Source: a bacterium (GTDB lineage Bacteria > Zhuqueibacterota > Zhuqueibacteria > Oceanimicrobiales > Oceanimicrobiaceae). Taken from it: a DNA stretch of 64,000 nucleotides. The notes under the pieces are model-generated. The model was not told the origin of the DNA and ran no database searches. It worked only from the letters and a program-made list of their open reading frames with translations. The DNA lies in NCBI GenBank assembly GCA_046757025.1, contig JBHHXN010000004.1, positions 1 through 64,000 on the forward strand, given 5' to 3'. Made by a program: the position numbers and the translations under genes. Below, piece after piece: positions 1 to 9,721 of this stretch; the first letter of the stretch is position 1, and the number at the start of each line of letters is the position of its first letter.

Positions 1-91
1 GATAAATCTTATGCAACTCTAACGAGGCTGGATATTCCGAATTATTGATGCAGACAGCAAATTGCGGCGCCGCATTTTCATGTTTGTTCAT
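1..91 (-). CDS. Small conserved hypothetical protein, N-terminal part, runs off the window (MNKHENAAPQFAVCINNSEYPASLELHKIY...)
   Basis: Translated manually. ATG at 91, 4 bp after the stop of the upstream small gene; the frame stays open to the edge. Confidence 0.65.
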   Translation of the reverse strand, partial: MNKHENAAPQFAVCINNSEYPASLELHKIY

Positions 92-95
92 GGTA

Positions 96-329
96 CTAAT
101 CCAAATAGCGTTTACGTTTAAATTCTTTCTTACCTATGCCGTGTGCCTCATACCAATGTAGTTCGGCTATGCGTATCCTTCCAGTACGAAGGCGAATTTT
201 AGCAACTCCTTTCATCTTACGCCAACGCCCTGAGCCGTATTGTTTCCGTAGGCGTTTAATGTCACGGATTGAGGTACCAACGGCGATTGTTTCAATGGAG
301 TTGATTGTTCCGATTATTTCAAAATGCAT
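96..329 (-). CDS. Small basic conserved hypothetical protein (77 aa)
   Basis: Internal ATG of ORF 96..485 (MHFEIIG...WRKMKG...ELHWYEAHGIGKKEFK); tightly coupled to the next gene. Confidence 0.7.
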   Translation of the reverse strand: MHFEIIGTINSIETIAVGTSIRDIKRLRKQYGSGRWRKMKGVAKIRLRTGRIRIAELHWYEAHGIGKKEFKRKRYLD

Positions 330-634
330 TGACAGGTATGCTTCCAGACTTATCTGTAAGAAACATGCTCCTTTTTTGCTGCCATCGGCAAATGCTGGCG
401 GTGCGATAATAATGAAAATCTTTAGGCCATTCCCTTCTCTCGGAATAAAAGTGAAAAAAATAGGTTGTTGACTGATTACTTGCATGTTGAGCTACCTCAA
501 GCCAAACCCGCTTTTTCCAATAATCTAATATAGCACAAATCTTACTTTGATGCAATTCAAAGATGGCTGTGCTAACCTTATTTTTTTACATATACGACAA
601 CAAAGTATCACGCAACCTACTGGCTAACGGATTT

Positions 635-1372
635 CTATTGAATTCCGATCAAATACTCCGGCCCGAAAAATTGCACCGGATCATCCAAACGCATGGGCTC
701 GCGCACCAAAAACGGCTCGGCATATTTCACCCCGATGTAAGAACCGTACTGCTTGGCGCGAGTGATGATGGCTTCCAGAAATTCCGGACGGCTGATGTTG
801 GTTTCGTCGTCGCCAAATTTATCTTTATCGGGATTATGAAACTGCGATCGGTACGCCTGAATGGCTTGCAGTTTGCGCTGGTGAGTTTCAGAAACGTCCA
901 CGATGAAAGACGGCTGAAATTCAAAACGGCAGGCGTAATAAATCACTTTGTAGGGCCGGTGCGCTTCCTGGCCGGTATCGATCTTTTTGAGCCCAGCAAA
1001 AAACGCCGCTTCTCGAATTAAATGCGAGGCATGGCCGTGATCCGGGTGCCGCACTTCCCAGTTGGGCGCCACCACGATTCTGGGCTTGTACGTGCGAATC
1101 TCTTTGATCACTTTCAGCTTATTTTCCTGGTTGACCGCCACCTGGCCGTCGGGAATATCCAGCATTTTGTGCACCGACAGACCCATAATTTTGCCGGCGG
1201 CTTCAAATTCTTTCTGGCGGATTTCAGCCGCACCGCGGGTGCCGAGCTCGCCGCGGGTTAATGCAATGACGCCGGTTTTGTAGCCCAGGTCGCCCAGTTT
1301 TATGATGGTGCCAGCGCACGCCAATTCGATATCGTCCGGATGGGCGCCAAAGGCTAAAACATCGAGCTGCAT
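635..1372 (-). CDS. bshB1: Bacillithiol biosynthesis deacetylase BshB1 (PIG-L family)
   Basis: AHPDDIE metal motif, RHPDH, AYRSQF; directly downstream of bshC. Confidence 0.9.
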   Translation of the reverse strand: MQLDVLAFGAHPDDIELACAGTIIKLGDLGYKTGVIALTRGELGTRGAAEIRQKEFEAAGKIMGLSVHKMLDIPDGQVAVNQENKLKVIKEIRTYKPRIVVAPNWEVRHPDHGHASHLIREAAFFAGLKKIDTGQEAHRPYKVIYYACRFEFQPSFIVDVSETHQRKLQAIQAYRSQFHNPDKDKFGDDETNISRPEFLEAIITRAKQYGSYIGVKYAEPFLVREPMRLDDPVQFFGPEYLIGIQ

Positions 1373-1398
1373 GTCTCAACTCTCCACTTCAAGCTAAT

Positions 1399-3018
1399 TT
1401 ACAACCGAATTATTTGATGATCAAAATGCGAGATATCCATGGCTTCATACAACTGGTCGATAAAATCAAATCCGAATTTAAACAGATAGGGCAAAATGTT
1501 CAGCTCGCGCTCCTGCACAAGATTGTTGGGGTAAAGACTGTTTTTGGCTTTGTAAATTTGTTGGGTGATGACGTCGTTGCGTTTTTTGTAAGCCTGCAGA
1601 ATCTTTTTTTCCAGCCCTTCTATCTGATTCAGAATTCGACCCCGAGTTTGATCCACAGTGTTTTCCAGTGTGGGTTCGAATTTAAGCACCTGCTCTGTTA
1701 GTGCCTGCAATTTTTCATCCACAGAAGCCGAAGTCTCCGCGATACTTTGTTCCAACGATTCTGGCAATTGCGCCTTGACAATTTCGGTGATCAGCGAGTC
1801 CACTTTGCCCCAAAAGTCGGACACCTGCAACTGGTAATTATCCAGCACTTTCTCAATTTTGCTCTCCAGCAGCGTGATGCTTTTGCGGGGATAAATGATG
1901 GGCATGGTCAGGCCAAACGCTTCGTAGATGCCTTTCATTTGCGCGTAGTAGGCGCTCTCGGCCGGGCCGGCCACGTACGCTACCGTGGGCAGCAGCATGT
2001 CCTGTAGAATCGGCCGCAGCAACACATTGGGACTAAAATGCTGTGGCTTCTCCTGAACCAGCTCCAGAAGCTGCGCCTTGTCAAAGGCCAGATCGCCGCC
2101 TTTTACTATGAATTTGTTGTTTTGCAGCTCGAGAGCGTGCCGTTCTTTTTCTGCAAAAAACAGATTCAGGATGCCCTCGTGCAGTTGTACCTGAATGTGA
2201 TAATCTTTGACCTGCAAGCGTGCGTTTGCTTTCAACCCCTGTTCGGTGGAAGGCGACCGTTCGGCGATTTCTTTGTGGAACACCGGCTGCCCCAGTTTTT
2301 TAATGCGGGCATCGCTGGCGTCCATGAAAATCAACCCGAACGATTTGAACAAATGGGTCAACCAGACGCCAAATGCCTGCGAAAAGGCAGCTCCCGCGCG
2401 ATATGCCTGTGACAGGTGCTGCAAAACATTTTCCTTGAATTCGGAAGGGTGAGTTGCCTGGTCGATTTGCTCGATGATTTCAGCGATCTCCGGCGCGATT
2501 TGAATGCGCGACACCGGCAGCTTCGAATCCACCGGGTGACCGTCGTAGCTCAGTCTGATGGGCTGATTGTTTTTGTCGATGAAATGGATGTGGTTGACTT
2601 CCCGAAAATCGTGATCATCGGAAGCCAGCCAGAAAATCGGCACGAAACAGCCGTCGCAATTTCGGCTCAGGCGTTCCGCCAGTTTGATGGCGGTAAGCGC
2701 TTTGTAAACGGTAAACAACGGTCCGCCAAACAGCCCGGTCTGCTGGCCGGTCACCACCGCACAAGCTCGACCTTCCAACAGCAAATCGATCTTTTCCAGC
2801 GTGAGGGTACCGCAGCCAAAGCACTGGTTTTGCTCCTTTAAAATAGGAACGAGCTGACCCAGCGGCCGCTGCTTCGATTTGATGCCATCGGTTCTCTCTA
2901 GAAAAGTGCTTAAATTGCGATAATTGCCGTTGTAAAATTCCGACACTTTTTCAAAATTATCGAAAAAATCTTTCACCAGCGCGGAAACCCCCGGCATTTG
3001 ACTCATGGAAAATTTCAT
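1399..3018 (-). CDS. bshC: Bacillithiol biosynthesis cysteine-adding enzyme BshC
   Basis: VVTGQQTGLFGGP, FWLASDDHD, FSPNVLLRP, YVAGPAE, QERELN motifs; 539 aa. Confidence 0.93.
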   Translation of the reverse strand: MKFSMSQMPGVSALVKDFFDNFEKVSEFYNGNYRNLSTFLERTDGIKSKQRPLGQLVPILKEQNQCFGCGTLTLEKIDLLLEGRACAVVTGQQTGLFGGPLFTVYKALTAIKLAERLSRNCDGCFVPIFWLASDDHDFREVNHIHFIDKNNQPIRLSYDGHPVDSKLPVSRIQIAPEIAEIIEQIDQATHPSEFKENVLQHLSQAYRAGAAFSQAFGVWLTHLFKSFGLIFMDASDARIKKLGQPVFHKEIAERSPSTEQGLKANARLQVKDYHIQVQLHEGILNLFFAEKERHALELQNNKFIVKGGDLAFDKAQLLELVQEKPQHFSPNVLLRPILQDMLLPTVAYVAGPAESAYYAQMKGIYEAFGLTMPIIYPRKSITLLESKIEKVLDNYQLQVSDFWGKVDSLITEIVKAQLPESLEQSIAETSASVDEKLQALTEQVLKFEPTLENTVDQTRGRILNQIEGLEKKILQAYKKRNDVITQQIYKAKNSLYPNNLVQERELNILPYLFKFGFDFIDQLYEAMDISHFDHQIIRL

Positions 3019-3019
3019 A

Positions 3020-3757
3020 TTACGGCTCCCGTTGTCCGATTAAAATCAGGCGGGGGCTTTGAGACGAAAATGCGCTGCCGTCGAAATCGCCGAAGATTTT
3101 TTGCAACTGCAGGTTGGTTTTCGCAAGCAACGATTTCATTTCATCCAGCGTGTAAAGCCGCACGGATTCATAGTATTCCCGCTCGTTGCCGTTTTCTTTT
3201 AAAGTGATTTTCTTCTCGATGCGTTCCTCTGAGCGGTTGTAGTGTCGTTCCTGAGTGACTTCAAAACCGTTATCCCGCCGTGAATCAAACGGCACCAGGT
3301 TTTCAATGACGTGCGATTTATTCAAGTAGTCCAGAAGAAATTGACCGCCCGGTTTCAGCACTTCTTCGATGCTCTTTAAGGTCTGCAGATTTTCTTCATC
3401 TTTTTTAAAATAGCCAAACGTGGTAAAAAAGCTCACCACCACGTCGAACGCCTGGCGAAACGGGATGTACCGCATATCTGCCCGTACAAATCGGCTGCAG
3501 CACGCGGCGCCGGTATTTTTTTCCTTGGCTAATTTTAACAGCACGGTAGATAGATCGAGGCAGGTGACTTGCAATCCGCGTCGGGACATTTCCTGGGCAT
3601 GGCGGCCGCTGCCGCATCCCAGATCGAGTATCATTTTGCGGCCACTCAAATCGATATTTCTTTCTATGAAATCGATCTGACGCCGCGCCTCCTTTTCGTC
3701 ACGATGCGGATAGACCTTGAGATAGTCCTGTCCAAACCACTCTTTATACCAGGCCAT
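3020..3757 (-). CDS. Class I SAM-dependent methyltransferase, candidate bacillithiol N-methyltransferase (NmbA-like)
   Basis: LDLGCGSG motif I, FTTFGYF; 1 bp gap to bshC. Confidence 0.8.
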   Translation of the reverse strand: MAWYKEWFGQDYLKVYPHRDEKEARRQIDFIERNIDLSGRKMILDLGCGSGRHAQEMSRRGLQVTCLDLSTVLLKLAKEKNTGAACCSRFVRADMRYIPFRQAFDVVVSFFTTFGYFKKDEENLQTLKSIEEVLKPGGQFLLDYLNKSHVIENLVPFDSRRDNGFEVTQERHYNRSEERIEKKITLKENGNEREYYESVRLYTLDEMKSLLAKTNLQLQKIFGDFDGSAFSSQSPRLILIGQREP

Positions 3758-3989
3758 GCCTTCCGTTGTTCAGAGTTAGTTTTAATGTCATACGGTAAAT
3801 TTAATCATTTCAATGAATAAATCCAATGGTTTTTTGGAGAGAGTTTGGATTTGCCGGGAAATTTCAAACCAATTTGTCAGCTTCAATAGTGAAATTAGTA
3901 CAGCGCATTTAAAATCTTTTTGACTTCCAAAAAATAATTGCTTAATTTTCGTTTTTCCACCATCAATCTATCAAAACACGGAGGGTAAG

Positions 3990-6128
3990 ATGAAAAAACG
4001 TATTGGTATCAGAACCCAGATCATACTTTCATTAGCGGCTTTTCTGCTGCTGCCGAATGTAATCTTCACACAAACCACGCCGTTCTTATCGGATGATGAA
4101 ATCCGAATGCTGGCCAATGAAATCTCCGGCGATCGCGCCTTTGAACATATCCGCTGGCTCAGCCACTGGCATCGCAACTCCGGCTCGGACGACTATTTCA
4201 AAGCGGTAGATTATGTGCTGCAGGCCGCCAAAGAGGCGGGCCTGGAAGACGTGCAGTTTATCGAGCAGCCCGGACGTTCCGCGCCGTACAATCCCAAATC
4301 CGCCGAGCTGTGGATCGTGGAGCCGGTGCTGGTGAAACTGGCCGACCGCGGCGACCACGCTCTCTACCTTGCCGACGGCAGCCACGATGCGGATGTGACC
4401 GCCGAGCTCGTCTGGGTAGATGATTTTTCAGAAGAAGGTTTAAAAAACGTGGATGTCACCGGCAAAATCATCCTCACCAGCTCCAGCCCGTTTCAGGCTG
4501 TGCGTGTAGGCGTCTGGGAGAAAGGCGCCGTGGGCGTGGTGAGCTATCCCAATTCGGAAGGCAAGTCCATGATGGATTACCCGGATCAAATCGCCTGGAG
4601 CCGCATTCCCATGACGCCCCCAGAAGGCAAATCCGGCACATTTGCCTTTACTCTGCCGCCGCGCAAAGGCGACATGCTGCGCCGCCTGCTGCAAACCGAC
4701 GATATGCAGGACATTTTTGCCACGGGTAAACGCACCAAAGGTGGCCGGGTGGTATTAAAAGCCAAGGTGGACACCGAAATCGGCGAGGCGCCCGGGCGCA
4801 CGGGTTTTGTGGAAGGTTGGATCCGCGGCAGCAAGTACCACAACCAGCAGATCATCATCACCGCGCATTTGCAGGAAGAGCAGGGCTCGGCCAACGACGA
4901 TGGCAGCGGCTGTGGCAACATTCTGGAGCTGGCGCGTACACTAAACAAACTCATCCGCGAAGGCAAAATACCCCGGCCCCTGCGGGATATCCGTTTTTGG
5001 TGGACCGATGAGATCTATTCGGAATATCGCTATTTTCAGGACCACCCCGAAGAACCGAAAAAATTTTTAGCCAACCTGCATCAGGACATGACCGGCGCTT
5101 ACCAGGCTCTGGGCAGCCGAGTGCAGCATCTCATTTTCGCGCCGCACTCCCGCACCTCGTTTCTGGACGCGCTGTTCGAAAGCGTCGGCACCTATCTCAT
5201 CCGCACCAACAACTCGTTTCTGGCGGCCAACCGCCAGGGCGGACTGCCACGGCCGCACTCCAGACCCATTTACGCCACCCGGGGAACGCGAGATGGCTAC
5301 AACGCGACCTTCGTACCCTATTTCGATTCTTCCGACCACTTATGCTTTGTGGAAGGCATCATCGGTGTGCCGGCCGTGGCCCTCATCAACTGGGACGACG
5401 CCTACATCCACTCCTCCGACGACGATCTGGATAAAATCGACCAGACGCAGTTACAGCGCAACAGCTTTCTCATCGGTGCCATGGCCTACTATCTGGCCTT
5501 TGCCGAAGTCGAAGACGTGCCACTGCTGACCAGCGAAACTTTCAGTCAGGGCAGCAAAAGGCTGGCCCAGGATCAGGCAGCGGCGTTTCGGCTGCTAAAA
5601 AGCTCCACCGACGGCGCCAGCAGCAACTGGAAAGACGCAGCCATGCTCATCGAACAGGGCATCCAGCGCGAAGAACGTGCACTGAATTCCGTGAGTGTTT
5701 TCGCACGAGGTAATCGCTCGGCCATTCAAACCATCGGTAAATTTATCGACCGAATAAAATCCAGAAAATCCAATTTGATCAACGATCTGAAAACTTACTA
5801 CCGGCAGGTAAACGGCAGCAATCCTCCCGGAATCAAGCTCACCGCCGCCGAGCTGGTCGCCAGCAAAAAAATCCCACGCAACGTCGCCAGTTTGAAGGAC
5901 TATTTTACAAACCGCCGAAAAGTAGGTGTACAGAACAATCTGCACGGTTTGATGGAAGACGAAGTGTACAACTTTGTGGATGGCCAGCGCAGCTATTACG
6001 ACATTTACAAAGCGGTCAAAGCGGAAGCCCTGACCGTCGGCGCCTGGTACTACGGCGAAGTCTCTTTAGAGGACGTGGTGAAATTGCTGGACGCTGCCGT
6101 AGAGGCGCAGGCGTTGACGCTTAAATGA
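3990..6128 (+). CDS. Secreted M28-family metallopeptidase with PA-like insert
   Basis: Signal peptide; AHLQE, ANDDGSG, WTDE, HQDM, YIHSSDD zinc-site-like motifs; GGAGG RBS. Confidence 0.75.
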   Translation: MKKRIGIRTQIILSLAAFLLLPNVIFTQTTPFLSDDEIRMLANEISGDRAFEHIRWLSHWHRNSGSDDYFKAVDYVLQAAKEAGLEDVQFIEQPGRSAPYNPKSAELWIVEPVLVKLADRGDHALYLADGSHDADVTAELVWVDDFSEEGLKNVDVTGKIILTSSSPFQAVRVGVWEKGAVGVVSYPNSEGKSMMDYPDQIAWSRIPMTPPEGKSGTFAFTLPPRKGDMLRRLLQTDDMQDIFATGKRTKGGRVVLKAKVDTEIGEAPGRTGFVEGWIRGSKYHNQQIIITAHLQEEQGSANDDGSGCGNILELARTLNKLIREGKIPRPLRDIRFWWTDEIYSEYRYFQDHPEEPKKFLANLHQDMTGAYQALGSRVQHLIFAPHSRTSFLDALFESVGTYLIRTNNSFLAANRQGGLPRPHSRPIYATRGTRDGYNATFVPYFDSSDHLCFVEGIIGVPAVALINWDDAYIHSSDDDLDKIDQTQLQRNSFLIGAMAYYLAFAEVEDVPLLTSETFSQGSKRLAQDQAAAFRLLKSSTDGASSNWKDAAMLIEQGIQREERALNSVSVFARGNRSAIQTIGKFIDRIKSRKSNLINDLKTYYRQVNGSNPPGIKLTAAELVASKKIPRNVASLKDYFTNRRKVGVQNNLHGLMEDEVYNFVDGQRSYYDIYKAVKAEALTVGAWYYGEVSLEDVVKLLDAAVEAQALTLK

Positions 6129-6463
6129 CTCCTATATTGTGCCCGGCTGTAAACACCTGATTATACTACATTAGGCGTCTTCGTCTGACGGGAAAAAGTT
6201 AATCAGGGATGTAAGATTTAGGAGATGTGTGGAAATCAAACGCAGAGTCTTTGTCATTCTGCAACGGTTCAGCCCGGGTTGTCATGCTGGAAGAATCTTT
6301 TTAATAATCAGAACTTTATCTTATGAAAACAAGATTCTTTCAGCCTGTCCCGTAAAGCGAGGACTGACAAAGGGGAGATTTCTGTTCTTCAAATAGAATG
6401 GAAAAACCATTCCTTTTTAAGCTCGCAATGACGGCTCCCATTATTGGACAACCACAACAAACC

Positions 6464-6865
6464 TCACCTACGAAAGATAAATTTTCTGCTCAGCATTTTG
6501 TTCAGCACAAATAAAACCAGCAGCACCGCAAAGTAGAGCAAAACCAGCGTCAGCAACAATATCAAATCAAACGTATTTGAAAGATAACTGACCACCAAAA
6601 AACCCGCAAACACACTGGGCAGGAAATCCAGAACGTCGAAAAAATTCTGACTGCCGTCAGGTCGCAATGACGTGCCCTGTCCGGTTTCCAGAAAGCCCGA
6701 AATCAACATGGTGGTAAACGCCAATTGAAAGTCGCGATAACCCAGTTGCCAGAGCAAATAGGCAAACAAAAAATCTCTAAGAAAATGAATGATGGGCGTG
6801 GTATTGATATCCAGACCCATATAAGGCACCACTTTGTCAGAATACCTGCCGAGTATGCGGCTCAT
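6464..6865 (-). CDS. Hypothetical small multi-pass membrane protein
   Basis: 133 aa with several hydrophobic segments; GGAGGA RBS; downstream of msrP. Confidence 0.65.
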   Translation of the reverse strand: MSRILGRYSDKVVPYMGLDINTTPIIHFLRDFLFAYLLWQLGYRDFQLAFTTMLISGFLETGQGTSLRPDGSQNFFDVLDFLPSVFAGFLVVSYLSNTFDLILLLTLVLLYFAVLLVLFVLNKMLSRKFIFRR

Positions 6866-6964
6866 GAATCCTCCTCCCGAATTAAATTACCGGACAACCT
6901 TTCTTCGATTTCCAAACTAACAAATTTCTTCGACTTTAATCAAGTATATTTTCGCAAATGGAAG

Positions 6965-7957
6965 TTAACCGCGGTACAAGTGCGAAACAAACTCCGCGTA
7001 GCCATTGAACGGCAAGGTAGGGATGCGTTCATCGGTGCCGATAACGCGTTCGGTGGCTTGCGACCAGCGCGGGTGCGGCACCTGTGGATTCACGTTGGAG
7101 GTGAAATCGTATTCGTGCGGCGCCAGATCATTCCAGAAGGTCCGCGGCTGTTGGCTCACAAATTCGATCTTCACGATGGATTTGATGCTTTTGTAACCGT
7201 ATTTCCAGGGCGTGATCAAGCGAATGGGGGCGCCGTGCTGATTTGGCAGGGCATGGCCGTAAATACCGGTCACCAGCATAGTCAGCTCATTTGCGGCTTC
7301 TTGCATGGTCAAGCCTTCGTAATAAGGCCAATTGTACCAGCTCTGCGTTTTTTGGCCCACCGCCTGTTGGGGGCGAAGAAAAGTGAGCATTCTCACATAG
7401 CGCGCCTTCGAAGTGGGCTGCACTTCCTCGATGAGTTTTTTAAAAGGAAATCCCGTCCAGGGTACCACCATGGACCAGGCTTCCACACAACGAAAGCGAT
7501 AAACGCGTTCCTCCAGTGGAAAGCGTTTGAGGAAGTCATCGATATCATAGGTGTGCTTTTTGTGAACATGTCCGGTCACTTCGATTTCCCAGGGACGGGT
7601 TTCGAATTTTTCTGCCAGCTTCCACACGCGTCCTTTGTCCGTGGTGAACTCGTAGAAATTGTTGTAAGCGGCGGCGACCTCCTCTGAAGTCAACGAACGG
7701 GCAACGGCAAAATCAGTATTCCGGGCAACCGGATAGGGCGGCGCTGGTTTCGGGATGCTGCGCCGCACGGACTGGCTGGCCGCTTCCCGGGCGCCGGCCT
7801 CGCCGGACTTTTCGAGACAACCCGCAAGTAAGCCGTATACTCCCAGGCCTGAAAATCCCATAGCTTTGAGGAACTGGCGGCGATTTGCATAAACCGATTC
7901 CGGGGTGACCAGCTTTTCAGGTATCTCCCACCCCGTATCTATTTTATGAAAGAACAT
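6965..7957 (-). CDS. msrP: Protein-methionine-sulfoxide reductase catalytic subunit MsrP (molybdoenzyme)
   Basis: Tat signal RRQFLK; YNNFYEF, RFRCVEAWSMV, HGAPIRL, PWKYGYKSIK, VPHPRWSQATER. ATG at 7957 follows an AGGAG RBS. Confidence 0.92.
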   Translation of the reverse strand: MFFHKIDTGWEIPEKLVTPESVYANRRQFLKAMGFSGLGVYGLLAGCLEKSGEAGAREAASQSVRRSIPKPAPPYPVARNTDFAVARSLTSEEVAAAYNNFYEFTTDKGRVWKLAEKFETRPWEIEVTGHVHKKHTYDIDDFLKRFPLEERVYRFRCVEAWSMVVPWTGFPFKKLIEEVQPTSKARYVRMLTFLRPQQAVGQKTQSWYNWPYYEGLTMQEAANELTMLVTGIYGHALPNQHGAPIRLITPWKYGYKSIKSIVKIEFVSQQPRTFWNDLAPHEYDFTSNVNPQVPHPRWSQATERVIGTDERIPTLPFNGYAEFVSHLYRG

Positions 7958-8047
7958 TAGATTCTCCTTTTTAGTTACTTTTCGACTTTTGTGCAATTGA
8001 TGTCTGAACGAAAACTCAGTTTTTTGCTGTCATTGTCCCGCATGCGC

Positions 8048-8451
8048 TCAGCGATTTGTTACGCTATATTTATTTTACCATTGACGTTGTTTCACTTAGA
8101 ACACGGAGGGAACGGATTCGACGGAATTTAATGGATTATTAAGGAGTTACGATAACCAATACTGCGGAGCTGATAAGCATTCATTGTAAAATAGAATTTG
8201 GCGTTTGGTTTTTCTTCAATCACCGAGGTTAACAGGATGAAACCAATTTAATTTTAAAGGCTTAGATGAGTTTTGTCATCAAGGTACTCACAGAAAAATG
8301 CTTAAACCGGGTTCACCAGAACCGCCAAAATTAATTTTACACTTTTCGTAAATAATTTTGGATATATCCGTAAAAATCCGTTCAATCTGTCAAATCCGTG
8401 TTTTAAAGAGTGACTAAATTGGTCAATAAAATACAGTTAAAAAATCGCTGA
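8048..8451. repeat. Long nested imperfect inverted repeat (non-coding)
   Basis: tcagcgattt...aaatcgctga ends; aacacgga/acggat arms mirror atccgt/tccgtgtt; inner pair gtaaaatagaatttggcg / cgccaaaattaattttac. Confidence 0.6.
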
Positions 8452-8509
8452 AGTAAATTTGAGAAAGCATGATAGAATTCCAAGTTATTTTTGCGCAAGT
8501 ACTAAGATA

Positions 8510-9274
8510 TCATTGTTGGCTGTTCAAATTCCAGTCGTATTCCAAATATTTAATCGTGACCGGGTTCTCCGCTAAAAAAACCTGTTTCTCCTGCTCGAGA
8601 TAGGGCCGGATGAAATTAAGAATCGAACGGTTTTCAGAAAGAAAATCCTTTTGGTACCAGTTAAATATTTGAGAAAGGTAGAATATTTTGTTCTCCCGGT
8701 CCAACCGATTCTTTTGTGGATTATTCAAAAATATTCGCGCCACTTCCTCAATTCTGTCGAATACATTTTCTGAAGAATAAGCCCGGTCCGGCAAATTCGG
8801 GCAGCTTCGGGCGGCACAGACCAGAACAAAATGCAGTTTGGGATTTTTAAATTTTCTAAAAATAACTCCCTTTTCGATTTGATCCAGCGTTAACTGCTGC
8901 CTGGCAACAGGGTGTTTTTTTTTATTAAAAAACCCCGGCGCCTTCAACACGCTTTCCAGTGGATACGAAGTGATTACGCCTTGGATGGCCAGAGCGTTGT
9001 AAGCGTTAATCCAGAAGGCCAGCTCCTCCGTTTTTGAATTGAAAGAAGCTGCATCCACGCTTTTGAGCCAGTTTACATATTTTTGAAAATTCTGCTCCCG
9101 AGCCATGGCTTGGTAGTCCACCAACCCATCCTGGACATGTTTTTGCAATGCCAAATCAAAAAGCCGATGCTCCGCTTCCAAGTTTGGAGCAGAGCGGTTC
9201 TGTGTCAATGATATGGCAGCCGGCCAAACGGTCATCACGCTGAGCCACAGCCAGAAATTTATCTTTCGTCGCAT
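8510..9274 (-). CDS. DUF547 domain-containing secreted protein
   Basis: LAFWINAYNA, LHFVLVCAARSCP, LSQIFNWY, YDWNLN motifs. Confidence 0.85.
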   Translation of the reverse strand: MRRKINFWLWLSVMTVWPAAISLTQNRSAPNLEAEHRLFDLALQKHVQDGLVDYQAMAREQNFQKYVNWLKSVDAASFNSKTEELAFWINAYNALAIQGVITSYPLESVLKAPGFFNKKKHPVARQQLTLDQIEKGVIFRKFKNPKLHFVLVCAARSCPNLPDRAYSSENVFDRIEEVARIFLNNPQKNRLDRENKIFYLSQIFNWYQKDFLSENRSILNFIRPYLEQEKQVFLAENPVTIKYLEYDWNLNSQQ

Positions 9275-9721
9275 TTCATCTCCTGATACATGCTTTATTC
9301 AGGGCAAATCATTTTGGATTTCGAGAAACGGTTCAACCTCTCATCCCGCAAATGCGGGGTGACAAAACAGGCTGAACAGTTACGATTTTGAAAAACGCCT
9401 TTTTTCATTAAACCTTTGTGAAAACATGCGGCATTCCATCTTTTTTTTCTAAATCGAAAACAAGCATTGAACTGGGCATACCTAACCGAATTTAATTTTA
9501 TCAATTTTAATGTTTTAAGATGTTTCAATTAATCAGTTCAAATCAGCCAAAAGTGTTTGACATTTGCAATTAATTTTATATATTGAAAGATTCATTTTTT
9601 AAGAAACCAAACGTGATGGAAAGGGGACTCAGGCAGGAAACCGTAGAATCCATGGTCATGTTCCCTCGCCTGGCCGATTTGGTTTTGGCACTTAATAATT
9701 TTTTGGAGTCGTGTAATCTTT

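Noticed and set aside
6725..7687. 320-aa plus-strand ORF, and similar long antisense ORFs at 18438-19274, 11785-12459, 20673-21353, 29020-29652 and 33001-33606
   Set aside because: Shadow frames opposite well-supported genes; no recognisable motifs.
9610..9680. Possible riboswitch upstream of apbC
   Set aside because: GC-richer patch, but no match to a riboswitch consensus I can recognise.
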